Source: an uncultured Candidatus Binatia bacterium
Lineage (GTDB): Bacteria; Desulfobacterota; Binatia; UBA9968; JAJDTQ01
Direction of reading: 5' to 3'
Assembly (NCBI GenBank): GCA_965242525.1
Contig: OZ251459.1
Span: 3,936,001-4,000,000, forward strand
Length of the DNA stretch: 64,000 nucleotides
The position numbers and the translations under genes are program-made. This document shows positions 10,701 to 20,318 of the stretch, piece after piece (the stretch's first letter is position 1; each line of letters opens with the position of its first letter). The notes beneath the pieces were generated by a model. That model searched no databases, had not been told where the DNA came from, and saw nothing but the letters and a program-made list of their open reading frames with translations.

Positions 10701-12199
10701 CGGATTCACTTTCGCCCGCCGAAGCCAGGATAGCGGCGGCCTACGCCACCTTGGAGTTGCAAGGCTTTGCCCCGTTCCTCGCCGACCTCGTAGAGTCACA
10801 TCCCCAGGAAGTGGACAAGGTGATAGGTGGTGAAGTAAGCGCCGAACTGAGTGTCGGCGGCGATTCTGACGATCTACCAACCTTTCAACGCCTGACTACT
10901 GCGGAGGGGAAACTCAAGCAGCTTCTCACCCCTCGCCTGCTTGCCGAACTGAAGTCTTGGCCTGACACCTTCACGGACGAGACCGGGCCGCATTGGGCAC
11001 AGCATCTAGACCAGGTATTGCAGATCTTGGACGAGACGACCTGTGGGGCGGACCGGGAGGAAATCGCCCAGATCTGCTCCACTCGCTACGAAGCTGAGCC
11101 ACTCGGCGTGGTAGCGATTGCTTGGCTCAAGGGCTTGTTCCGGTTCGACGCGGTGCGCGGAACGCAGACGCTGGTTGGGAAGTTCATGGACAGCAACGAC
11201 CCGGACATGCGCGAACGGGCGACTCAGACCTTCGCCGCTCTCTTTGGCGACCGATTTGGGAACAGGAATCCTGTCATCTTGAAGATTGACGATCTGGATC
11301 ACCGTGCTCAACTTCTCGGACAACTCGTCCGGATCGCTTATACCTTCGTTCGGCCGAAGGAGGATCAGGTTCACGAAGGGGCTTATTCCCTGAACACACG
11401 CGACCATGCCGAACGCGCTCGTGGAAGTTTGGTTTCTATACTGCTTGACACCCCCGGACCGGAAGCCCACCGCGTGGTCATGGCCTTGGCAGAGGATGAC
11501 GACTTTGCGGACTTGGCCGACCGGATGCGGCTTCGCGCCCGGCAACGAGCGGCGGCCGACGCCGAGTTTGCCGCCCTTAACCCCACGCAGGTTTGCGACC
11601 TCGAAAACGGCTTGGAAGCGCCGCCCACTGACAGAGACAGCCTATTTGCGGTTATGGTGGACCGATTGGAGGATCTCGACCATGACCTGAGAGATTCCGA
11701 TTTCACGGACCAGCGGATACTTCGGAGCATTGCGGAAGAATCGGATATGCAGCGTACCCTTGCCAGGCGACTTAAAGAGGGAGCGAAAGGCGCCTACAGT
11801 GTGACACGCGAAGAAGAGGTCGCCGATGGCAAACATACAGACATCCGGCTTGCCGCTGTCGATGGCGATCAGAAGGCGGTCATAGAAGTGAAGATTGCGG
11901 ATCGTTGGACGTTGAAAAAGCTCCGGCAAGCGCTCCGCAACCAACTCTTGAGCCAGTACTTGCGTCACTCGGACTGCAAGGCCGGTTGTCTTCTGCTGAC
12001 CTACCATGGGAGAAAGCAGCATTGGGTTCACCAAGTTCATCCTGAAAACAAAGAGATACTGACGTTTTCGCAGGTGGTCGAATTGCTGAAGGACGAGGCA
12101 CGAAGTATCGAGAAGGAAGGAGCGTATGACGTTCGCCTTGCAGTAATCGGCTTCGACCTCACCGATTCCTCGCCCGCGCCGGTCCATGGGGGGAACTGA
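7790..12199 (+). pseudogene. NACHT/STAND NTPase with C-terminal PD-(D/E)XK nuclease, interrupted by an in-frame TAG (9431-9433)
   Basis: ORFs 7790-9433 and 9452-12199 share one frame; Walker A AEAGAGKT, Walker B FFLDAVDE, ISCRP, FHHRSVQEYLAA; C-terminal E..TDIRL..VIEVK..QLLSQYL. Confidence 0.8.
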
Positions 12200-12301
12200 G
12201 GCGGCCCGTTTTCGACGATGACCGGATCGGTCGCCGAGGACCGCTCGGAGCGAGGACGAACAACGATGCCGTAACCAAGCGTGACAGGAGCAACGCAACC
12301 G

Positions 12302-15007
12302 ATGCCAGCCAGGAAGAAGAAGACGAACCGGGCCGAACGTGGACGGAGCGCCGGCAGTTACGCGCACCCCGAGGCGGGCGCGCTGCTGCGGCCCGACATC
12401 GGCACGCAATCACAGTTTCGGAAGAAGAAGCCGCCGGTCACTTGGCGTTACGATCCTTCGCTCTCCCCGGCCCTCGACTGGGCCGGAAAGGCCGAACGCA
12501 TCTCCTTCGACGCGCCGACCCTGCCCCTGTTCGTGCACGAGCGGCTGTCCACGTCCGCCATCCTGGAAACCCTGAAGGGGCACACCCGCGACCGCCAGGT
12601 GGACATGTTCGACCTCTTCGGGGAGAGCGACCTCCCCATCCGTGACCGGCTGCTCAAGGCATACGAGCATCGCAACGGGTGGGTGAACCGGCTGGTCCTC
12701 GGCGATTCCCTGGTGGTGATGAACTCCCTCATCGGCTACGAGGGCCTCGGCGGCCAAGTGCGGACCATCTACATGGACCCGCCCTACGCGGTGAAGTTCG
12801 GCTCGAACTTCCAGCCCTTCGTGCGCAAGCGCGACGTGACCCACGGCGACGACGAACACATGGTGCGCGAACCGGAGATGGTGCAGGCGTACCGGGACAC
12901 CTGGGAGTTGGGGATCCATTCCTTCCTGACCTACTTGCGGGACCGGCTGCTGCTCGCGCGGGAGCTGCTCCACCCTTCGGGGAGCATCTTCGTGCAGATG
13001 TCCGACACCAATTTGCACCACGTGCGCGAGGTGATGGACGAGGTGTTCGGGCCGGAGTGCTTCGTCTCGCAGATCAGCTTCCAGACCACTTCGGGCTTCG
13101 AGACCAGGACACTCGCTACTTTAGGCGACTTCCTGCTGTGGTACGCACGCGACCCGGATCGGCTGAAGGTGAGGAAGCTGTTCGAGGAACAGCCCGCGGC
13201 GCCCGGCGAGGGCAACGCGAGATGGGTCCTGCTCCCGGACGGCAGCTACCGGGGGGTGAGCGCCGCGGAGAAACGCGGGGAAGCGCCGCTCCCCGAGGAC
13301 GCCCGGCTCTACAAGCCCGACAACTTGCAGGGCCAAGGCGCGTCCCGCGAGCCCCAGCCCTTCGAGTTCGAGGGCAAGGTTTACGAGCCGGGCGCGAATT
13401 CGCACTGGAAGGCCAACTACCCGGCGGGGCTCGAACGCCTCGCTGCCGCGGGCCGGATCCACGCCGCGGCCAACAGCATCCAGTACCGGCGTTTTGCCTC
13501 AGACTTCCCCTACAAGGAGCGGGGCAACCTCTGGACCGACACCCTGACCGGCAGCTTCACGGAAGAGAAGCTGTACGTTGTCCAGACCAACCCCAAGGTG
13601 GTCGAACGCTGCCTGCTGATGACATCCGACCCCGGGGACCTCGTGTTCGATCCCACCTGCGGCTCCGGGACCACGGCTTGGTGCGCGGAGAAATGGGGGC
13701 GGCGGTGGATCACCTGCGATACGTCCCGGGTGCCCATCGCGCTGGCGCGGCAGCGGCTGCTGACGAGCACCTTTCATTTCTACCGGCTCAAGGAACCGGA
13801 GCGCGGTCCGGCCGGCGGCTTCGAGTACCAGCGCCGGCAAAATCGAAGGGGCGAGGAGGTCGGCGGCATCGTGCCCCACGTCAAGCTGGAATACATCGCC
13901 AATGACGAACCGGCCAAGGAAGAGGTGCTGGTGGACCGGCCGGAGACGGACGGGAGCGTCACGCGGGTGAGCGGCCCCTTCTGCGTGGAGGCGACCATTC
14001 CGGCCCCGGTGGAGTGGGAGGGAGATGGTGGGGATGGTTCCGGTGATATTGCCAGCGTCATCACTGGTGACGCGGACGCTACCGGCGCCATCGGTGACGC
14101 CGGCGCCGTCGGCTACACGAGCGACGGCTCCACCGCGGTCGCCCACGCCCGCCACGTCGATCGCATGATCGAGTTGCTGCGGCGCTCGCCAGTGCTGCGT
14201 CTCGGCGGCGGCCGTTCGGTCAGCCTGGCCAAGGTGCGCCGTCCCGCCCGGACCCTGAGCCTGTCCGCGGAAGCGGTGGTCGAGGGCGAAGGAGGGCAGA
14301 GCGCCGGAGAGACGACCGGCCAAGCCGTCGGGCAGAGCGCCGCCATCGTCTTCGGCCCCGAGAACGGCGCGGTCTCGGAGGCCCTGGTGTTCGAGGCGGC
14401 GCGGGAGGCCTACGCCAAGGGTTACGGCCATCTCTACGTCGTGGGCTTCGCCATCCAGCCCAACGCCAGACGCCTGATCGAAGACTGCGAACAGGCGGTG
14501 GGGACGCCCGCGACCTACGTGCAGGCGAGCATGGACCTGGTGATGGGAGACCTGCTCAAGAACCTGCGGTCGAGCCAGATCTTCTCGGTGTGCGGGCTGC
14601 CTGACGTGCGCATCCGGCGGGCGGAGGCGGGGGATTCGGCGGCATCGTCGGCGCAGAGCTACCAAGTCGAGCTGCTCGGCCTCGACGTGTTCGACCCCGT
14701 GGCCATGGACTCCGACCACCGGGAGGGAAACGACGTCCCGGCCTGGTTCCTCGATACCGACTACAACGGGCTCTGCTTCCACGTCTGCCAAGCGTTCTTC
14801 CCGCGAACTTCGGCCTGGGAGGGCCTCAAGCGCTCCCTCCGGGGCGAGTTCGAGGACAGCGTGTGGGCGCACCTTTCGGGAACCCTCAGCGCGCCCTTCC
14901 AGGCGGGAGAGCGCGGGCAGGTCGCGGTGAAGGTCGTCGATGACCGGGGAAACGAGCTGCTGGTAGTCAAGCCCCTCTCGGAGGCGGAAGCAGGGACGGA
15001 GGAGTGA
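12302..15007 (+). CDS. mod: Type III-like RM DNA methyltransferase (Mod)
   Basis: NRLVLGDSL, IYMDPPY, VFDPTCGSGTT, GRRWITCDTS; C-terminal WFLDTDY and VAVKVVDDRGNE; start 12302 or 12281. Confidence 0.88.
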   Translation: MPARKKKTNRAERGRSAGSYAHPEAGALLRPDIGTQSQFRKKKPPVTWRYDPSLSPALDWAGKAERISFDAPTLPLFVHERLSTSAILETLKGHTRDRQVDMFDLFGESDLPIRDRLLKAYEHRNGWVNRLVLGDSLVVMNSLIGYEGLGGQVRTIYMDPPYAVKFGSNFQPFVRKRDVTHGDDEHMVREPEMVQAYRDTWELGIHSFLTYLRDRLLLARELLHPSGSIFVQMSDTNLHHVREVMDEVFGPECFVSQISFQTTSGFETRTLATLGDFLLWYARDPDRLKVRKLFEEQPAAPGEGNARWVLLPDGSYRGVSAAEKRGEAPLPEDARLYKPDNLQGQGASREPQPFEFEGKVYEPGANSHWKANYPAGLERLAAAGRIHAAANSIQYRRFASDFPYKERGNLWTDTLTGSFTEEKLYVVQTNPKVVERCLLMTSDPGDLVFDPTCGSGTTAWCAEKWGRRWITCDTSRVPIALARQRLLTSTFHFYRLKEPERGPAGGFEYQRRQNRRGEEVGGIVPHVKLEYIANDEPAKEEVLVDRPETDGSVTRVSGPFCVEATIPAPVEWEGDGGDGSGDIASVITGDADATGAIGDAGAVGYTSDGSTAVAHARHVDRMIELLRRSPVLRLGGGRSVSLAKVRRPARTLSLSAEAVVEGEGGQSAGETTGQAVGQSAAIVFGPENGAVSEALVFEAAREAYAKGYGHLYVVGFAIQPNARRLIEDCEQAVGTPATYVQASMDLVMGDLLKNLRSSQIFSVCGLPDVRIRRAEAGDSAASSAQSYQVELLGLDVFDPVAMDSDHREGNDVPAWFLDTDYNGLCFHVCQAFFPRTSAWEGLKRSLRGEFEDSVWAHLSGTLSAPFQAGERGQVAVKVVDDRGNELLVVKPLSEAEAGTEE

Positions 15008-15114
15008 GTTTGGTCCGAACCTTGCCTGAATCGTAACAGGGCTGGTAGGTTCTACACGGGAACCGCCTGCATTTGGAATCGTGTGCACGTAATTGCGTTA
15101 TTGGAGGCCGGGCC

Positions 15115-15339
15115 ATGAAGAACATCACCCTGAGCGCGGACGAACACCTGATCGAAGCTGCCCGCCAACGAGCCTCGTCCGAACATACGACCCTGAACGC
15201 GCAGTTTCGGCTGTGGCTGGAAGACTATGTCGGCCGGCGAAGGCATGCGGATGCTGCAATGGCGACCATCGACTCGCTTCATGCAAGCCTGTCCACCAGG
15301 GGCCGCAGATTCACGCGAGATGAAATGAATGAGCGCTGA
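15115..15339 (+). CDS. Ribbon-helix-helix-type antitoxin (VapB-like)
   Basis: MKNITLSADEHLIEAARQRA...TLN...RRFTRDEMNER; GGAGG RBS; precedes a PIN remnant. Confidence 0.8.
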   Translation: MKNITLSADEHLIEAARQRASSEHTTLNAQFRLWLEDYVGRRRHADAAMATIDSLHASLSTRGRRFTRDEMNER

Positions 15340-15450
15340 CGCCTTTATCGACACCAAGGTTTTCGTTCCCTGTACAGCGAAGACCTGCAGCACGGTCAGC
15401 AGATTGCCGGACTGACCATCGTGAACCCCTTCAGGGTATCGGATTCGTGA
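15329..15450 (+). pseudogene. vapC: PIN/VapC toxin with large internal deletion
   Basis: N-terminus MSADAFIDTKVFV joined out of frame to C-terminus LYSEDLQHGQQIAGLTIVNPF; the middle is missing. Confidence 0.85.
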
Positions 15451-15487
15451 AGCAGTCCTACCGCTTGCCGGAAGCCGAAGGGAAATC

Positions 15488-17158
15488 ATGATCCGCACGG
15501 TCCGCATTCGCGGCTTCAAGCGCTTCGACGAGGTGGAGTTCCGCCTGCCGGGGCATGTGGTGTTGGCCGGCCCCAACAACACCGGCAAGACGACGATGCT
15601 CCAGGCCGTCGCTTCGTGGTCGCTGGCTCTACGGCGGTGGCGGGAGCTCAACGACTTCAATCCGCGCCAGGGATACACCCGGGCGCCCATCGCCCGGCAC
15701 GCGTTTTCCGCGGTCCCGCTACGGAGCTTCGACCTCCTTTGGACCGATCGAAAGTACTGGGGGCAGATCGAGATCGAGATCCGGCACGACGCGGGCTGGT
15801 CGGTGACGATGGAGTTCATCTCGGACAGCACCGAGCAGATCTACGTCCGGCCCAGGGCGGACGTACCGGCGGATACATTGCGGGAACTCGATCTTCAGGC
15901 GGTGTTCGTTCCTTCCATGACCGGCCTCGGGATCGACGAGCCCCTGTTTCAACCGCCGAAGGTCGAGCAGCTTCTCGGCTTCGGCCGACCAGGCGAGGTC
16001 ATACGCAACCTGCTTGCGGAGGCCAACCAGGACGAACGCGCGTGGGATGCCCTCACGACGTCCATCGACAAGCTGTTCGGCTACGATCTCCTGCATCCTG
16101 ACGCAAGCAGCGCCCATATCCTCGCAGACTACACCATGACCCCAGGCGGGCCGCGGCTGGACATAGCGAGTGCCGGCAGCGGATTCCAGCAGGTGCTGAT
16201 GCTGCTTACGTTCCTCCACACGCGGCAAGGCGCGGTGCTGCTCCTGGACGAGCCGGATGCGCATCTGCACGTCATCCTCCAGGACGCCATCTATCACGAG
16301 TTGCGGAGCGTAGCCGCCCGGCAGCGATCACAACTCATCGTCGCAACACACTCGGAGGTGGTCATCAACGCCGTCGAGCCCCGCGAGCTGTGCGTTACGC
16401 TCAACGAACCCCGGATGGTCGCCGACAACGAGGAGCGCAGCCGGCTCATTACCTCGTTGCGCGTATTGACCAACGCGGACGTCATGCAGGCGATGGAAGC
16501 GCGCGGCGTCCTCTACGTCGAGGACTACACGGACATCAACATCCTGCGCGCCTGGGCAACGACCCTCGGGCACCGGGCCGCGGGCCTGCTCAACACGGAA
16601 CTGATGTGGAAGCCGTTGGTCTTCCAGGCGCAGGAGGACCGTCGAGGGACCAAGGCGGGCGGGCGAGGGATCGTCGCACGCGATCACTTCGAGGCGTTGC
16701 AACTCGTGCGCGAGGGGCTTCCCGGCTTGGAGCTTCACGACGGGGACGCGCGGCCGCCCGTCCCGGACACGGAGATCACGGGCGCGGGGTTGCAGCGGCT
16801 GCGCTGGCGGCGCTACGAGATCGAAAGCTACCTCCTTCATCCGGATGCGCTCGCCCGTTTCGTCGAGGCGGTGGTGGGAGCCGATTCCGCCGAAGCGCAC
16901 GTCGAGGACATGCTTCGCTATTGGCGCGACGAGTTCCCTCCAGCGGTGGTGAGGGACCCGTTCGGCGAACACATCATCCTGAACAGAACCAAGGCGCGTC
17001 GGGAAATCCTCCCTCCGCTGCTGGACGCAGCCGGACTCTACGGCCTGCCTTACACCCGCTACCACGAGATCGCCGCGCTGATGCGCCCCGAGGAGATCCA
17101 CCCCGAGGTCGTGGAAAAACTCGACGCCATCTGCCGCGCCTTCGGAGTCGAGCCGTGA
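15488..17158 (+). CDS. ABC-type ATPase fused to a TOPRIM-like domain (OLD/PARIS-like)
   Basis: GPNNTGKT, ASAGSGFQQ, LLLDEPDAHLH, IVATHS, VLYVEDYTD, HDGD, YEIESYL. Confidence 0.8.
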   Translation: MIRTVRIRGFKRFDEVEFRLPGHVVLAGPNNTGKTTMLQAVASWSLALRRWRELNDFNPRQGYTRAPIARHAFSAVPLRSFDLLWTDRKYWGQIEIEIRHDAGWSVTMEFISDSTEQIYVRPRADVPADTLRELDLQAVFVPSMTGLGIDEPLFQPPKVEQLLGFGRPGEVIRNLLAEANQDERAWDALTTSIDKLFGYDLLHPDASSAHILADYTMTPGGPRLDIASAGSGFQQVLMLLTFLHTRQGAVLLLDEPDAHLHVILQDAIYHELRSVAARQRSQLIVATHSEVVINAVEPRELCVTLNEPRMVADNEERSRLITSLRVLTNADVMQAMEARGVLYVEDYTDINILRAWATTLGHRAAGLLNTELMWKPLVFQAQEDRRGTKAGGRGIVARDHFEALQLVREGLPGLELHDGDARPPVPDTEITGAGLQRLRWRRYEIESYLLHPDALARFVEAVVGADSAEAHVEDMLRYWRDEFPPAVVRDPFGEHIILNRTKARREILPPLLDAAGLYGLPYTRYHEIAALMRPEEIHPEVVEKLDAICRAFGVEP

Positions 17159-20100
17159 ACGCGCACGAAGTTCCCGAACCCATCCTCAATTCGCCGTTCG
17201 AGGAGCCGAAGGAGCACTGGTGGATCACGGAGCACGATCCGCCGGAGCGGCGGGCGGGCCGGCGCCCGGCCATGTACTTCTATCGGCCCCCGGGACGCGA
17301 AGCTTCACGGGAAGGCCAGGACGCGGGGACGGCCATCGAGTTGAAGCTGGTCAACCGCATCCGCGCCAAGCTTGCCGAGTGGCGGCCCCTGGCCTTGCGC
17401 GGCGAGGGCGGGGTGACCCGCACCACCACGGATCTGCTGCGCTACTGGCGGCGGGAAGGGCGAAGGCATCCGCTGTTCTTCGCCCAGGTCGAGGCGGCCG
17501 AGACCGTCATCTTCCTCACCGAGGCCCGCGAGGACTTCCTGCAAGGCGTGGACGTCCCGCTGGACGAGCCGGGCGAGGAGGCCAGGGCTGACGGCGTCCG
17601 GGCGTTCCGACGCCACGCGTGCAAGATGGCCACGGGCACGGGGAAGACGACGGTGATGGGGATGCTTGCCGCCTGGAGCATCCTCAACAAGGTGGCGGCC
17701 CGGGGCGACGCGCGCTTCTCGGACGTGGTGCTGGTGGTCTGCCCCAACGTGACCATCCGCAGCCGGCTCGAAGAGCTCAAGCCGCAAGGAGGCGAGGCCA
17801 GCCTGTACCGCACCCGCGACCTCGTGCCGTCGCACCTGATGCCGCAGTTGGCGCGCGGCCACGTGCTGGTCACCAACTGGCACGTGTTCGAACCCAGGAC
17901 CGTGCAGGCCGCGGGCGAGACCGCCAGGGTCCTTCGCACCGGGCGCCAGGTCCGAACCCGGGAGACCATCCGCATCGGCGCCCGGACGACGACGGCGCGC
18001 GGGACCCGCTACCTGACCCTGAAGGACCTCGAACGGCAGGCGGCCACCGGCCTAGTTCGCGTCCTCGACGAACAGCGGGACGGCCAGGGGAACCTCAAGT
18101 CGGTCTCCGTGGAGTCCGTCCGTTACGTCGAGAGCGACAGCAAGCTCATCGAGCGCGTGCTCGGGCGCGAGGTGGGAGGCAAGCGTAACATCCTGGTGAT
18201 GAACGACGAGGCCCACCACGCCTATCGCATCCGGCGCGCGGAGCCGGACGAGGACGAGGCGGACCTGTTCGGCGAAACGGACGACGGCGAGGCGTTCTAC
18301 CGGGAGGCGACCGTGTGGGTGGACGGCCTCGACCGCATCCACAAGCATCGCGGCATCAACCTCTGCATCGACCTCTCCGCCACGCCCTACTACCTGGGGC
18401 GGGTCGGGCAGAACGCCAACCGGCCCTTTCCGTGGGTGGTGAGCGACTTCGGACTCATCGACGCCATCGAGTCCGGCCTGGTCAAGATCCCGCAGCTTGC
18501 GGTGCGGGACACGAGCGGCGCCCCCATCCCCGGCTACTTCAACATCTGGCGCTGGATCCTCCCGAAGCTGACCCCGGCGGAACGCGGCGGCCGGCGGGGA
18601 AGCGTGAAGCCGGAGGCGGTGCTCAAGTATGCGCACGTGCCCATGGCCATGCTCGGCGGGCTGTGGGAGGCCCTGCGCCAGGAGTGGAGCGAGGAAGGCC
18701 GTCCGCCGGTGTTCATCATCGTGTGCAAGGACACCGCCCTCGCCAGGGTCGTGTATCGGTGGCTCGCCGAAGACAAGGCGCCGGTGGGGATTCCGCCCGC
18801 GCGCCTCGACGGGTTGCGCAACGCGGATGGGGCCGTCCGCACCATCCGGGTGGACACCAAGGTCGTGCGCGAATCCGACAGCGGGGAGGCGAAGTTCGAC
18901 GAAGACAGGTGGATGCGCGTGACCCTGGATACGGTGGGCAAGACCGACTGGCCGCGGGACGGGCAGGGACGGTCCATCTACCCGGAAGGTTTCGAGGCGC
19001 TTGCCGGGAAGCTCCAACGGCCGCTGCATCCGCCGGGCCGGGACGTGCGGTGCATCGTCAGCGTGGGGATGCTGACCGAGGGCTGGGACTGCAACACCGT
19101 TACCCATATCGTGGGGCTTCGCCCGTTCATGTCGCAGTTGCTCTGCGAGCAGGTGGTCGGCCGCGGGCTGCGGCGGTCCAGCTACACGGTGGAGGAAGAC
19201 GGGAAGCTCGGCGAGGAGGTCGCGAAGATCTTCGGGGTTCCGTTCGAGATCGTCCCGCTGAAGGGGAACCCTTCCGGCAACGAGCCGAAGCCGCCTCCGA
19301 AGACCTGGCGGGTGCGGGCGGTCCCCGGGAAGGCCCGCCTGGAGATCCGGTTTCCCCGCGTCGAGGGTTACGCCCGGGAGATCCGCCACCGCGTGAAGGT
19401 CGATTGGGAGAGCATCGCTCCCCTCCGTCTCGACCCGATGCACATCCCGCCGGAAGTGGAGATGAAGGCAGGGCTTCCGGGCAATACCGGCCGCCCTTCG
19501 CTCGTGGGTCCGGGACGGCTGGAGCGCGTGGACCTGAACCCGTACCGCGAAGAACGGCGCTTCCAGCGGCTGGTGTTCGAGATGGCGCGGGACCTGACAC
19601 GGGACTACCGGCAGCAACCCGGCTGCGACGCCCCTGCCCACGTCCTGTTCGTCCAGCTTGCCGCCATCGTCCATCGGTACCTCAGGGAGAAGGTCCAACC
19701 CGTCGAGCCGGCGCAGAACGTCGATGCGTTCCTCTCTCCCTGGTACGGCTGGATGGTGGAACGGCTCATCGCCGCCGTCGAGCCGGACCACGAGACCGGC
19801 GAGGACGCCGAACTGCCGCGCTACGAGAGCGGCCGCGGCCCCGGCTCCACCGCAGAGGTCGATTTCGAGACCCGGCGGGAGCCCTACCCGGTGGTCAAGA
19901 GCCACGTCAACGCAGTCGTGCCCGACACCGCCAAGTGGGAACAGTCCGCGGCCTACCGGCTGGACACCCACGAGCGCGTGCATTCCTTCGTCAAGAACGC
20001 CTCCCTCGGTTTCGCCATCCCCTACCTGCACAACGGCCAGCACCACGAGTACCTGCCCGACTTCATCGTCCGCCTGACCGGGGACGCCGAACGCTACCTG

Positions 20101-20295
20101 ATCCTGGAAACCAAGGGCTACGACCCCCTCGAACAAGTGAAGTCACAGGCCGCCCAACGGTGGGTGCGGGCCGTGAACGCGGACCGCGGGTTCGGAACCT
20201 GGGACTATGCTATAGTCTCGGACATGGGCAAGGTCGGCGAGGCGGTCGAGCGGTTCGCGAACCAGCCGGATGGTTCAATCGAGGTTGAAGGCTGA
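17155..20295 (+). CDS. res: Type III-like restriction endonuclease/helicase (Res)
   Basis: KMATGTGKT, NDEAHH, DLSATP, MLTEGWD, EQVVGRGLRR, YLPDFIV..LILETKG; GTG overlaps the upstream stop. Confidence 0.9.
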   Translation: MNAHEVPEPILNSPFEEPKEHWWITEHDPPERRAGRRPAMYFYRPPGREASREGQDAGTAIELKLVNRIRAKLAEWRPLALRGEGGVTRTTTDLLRYWRREGRRHPLFFAQVEAAETVIFLTEAREDFLQGVDVPLDEPGEEARADGVRAFRRHACKMATGTGKTTVMGMLAAWSILNKVAARGDARFSDVVLVVCPNVTIRSRLEELKPQGGEASLYRTRDLVPSHLMPQLARGHVLVTNWHVFEPRTVQAAGETARVLRTGRQVRTRETIRIGARTTTARGTRYLTLKDLERQAATGLVRVLDEQRDGQGNLKSVSVESVRYVESDSKLIERVLGREVGGKRNILVMNDEAHHAYRIRRAEPDEDEADLFGETDDGEAFYREATVWVDGLDRIHKHRGINLCIDLSATPYYLGRVGQNANRPFPWVVSDFGLIDAIESGLVKIPQLAVRDTSGAPIPGYFNIWRWILPKLTPAERGGRRGSVKPEAVLKYAHVPMAMLGGLWEALRQEWSEEGRPPVFIIVCKDTALARVVYRWLAEDKAPVGIPPARLDGLRNADGAVRTIRVDTKVVRESDSGEAKFDEDRWMRVTLDTVGKTDWPRDGQGRSIYPEGFEALAGKLQRPLHPPGRDVRCIVSVGMLTEGWDCNTVTHIVGLRPFMSQLLCEQVVGRGLRRSSYTVEEDGKLGEEVAKIFGVPFEIVPLKGNPSGNEPKPPPKTWRVRAVPGKARLEIRFPRVEGYAREIRHRVKVDWESIAPLRLDPMHIPPEVEMKAGLPGNTGRPSLVGPGRLERVDLNPYREERRFQRLVFEMARDLTRDYRQQPGCDAPAHVLFVQLAAIVHRYLREKVQPVEPAQNVDAFLSPWYGWMVERLIAAVEPDHETGEDAELPRYESGRGPGSTAEVDFETRREPYPVVKSHVNAVVPDTAKWEQSAAYRLDTHERVHSFVKNASLGFAIPYLHNGQHHEYLPDFIVRLTGDAERYLILETKGYDPLEQVKSQAAQRWVRAVNADRGFGTWDYAIVSDMGKVGEAVERFANQPDGSIEVEG

Positions 20296-20318
20296 ACCAG
20301 GAAGACGGAGATCAATCC

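Noticed and set aside
16390-17154. N-terminal extension making Res 1301 aa
   Set aside because: Arg/Gly-rich off-frame reading of the ATPase-TOPRIM gene; Res-like sequence begins at GTG 17155
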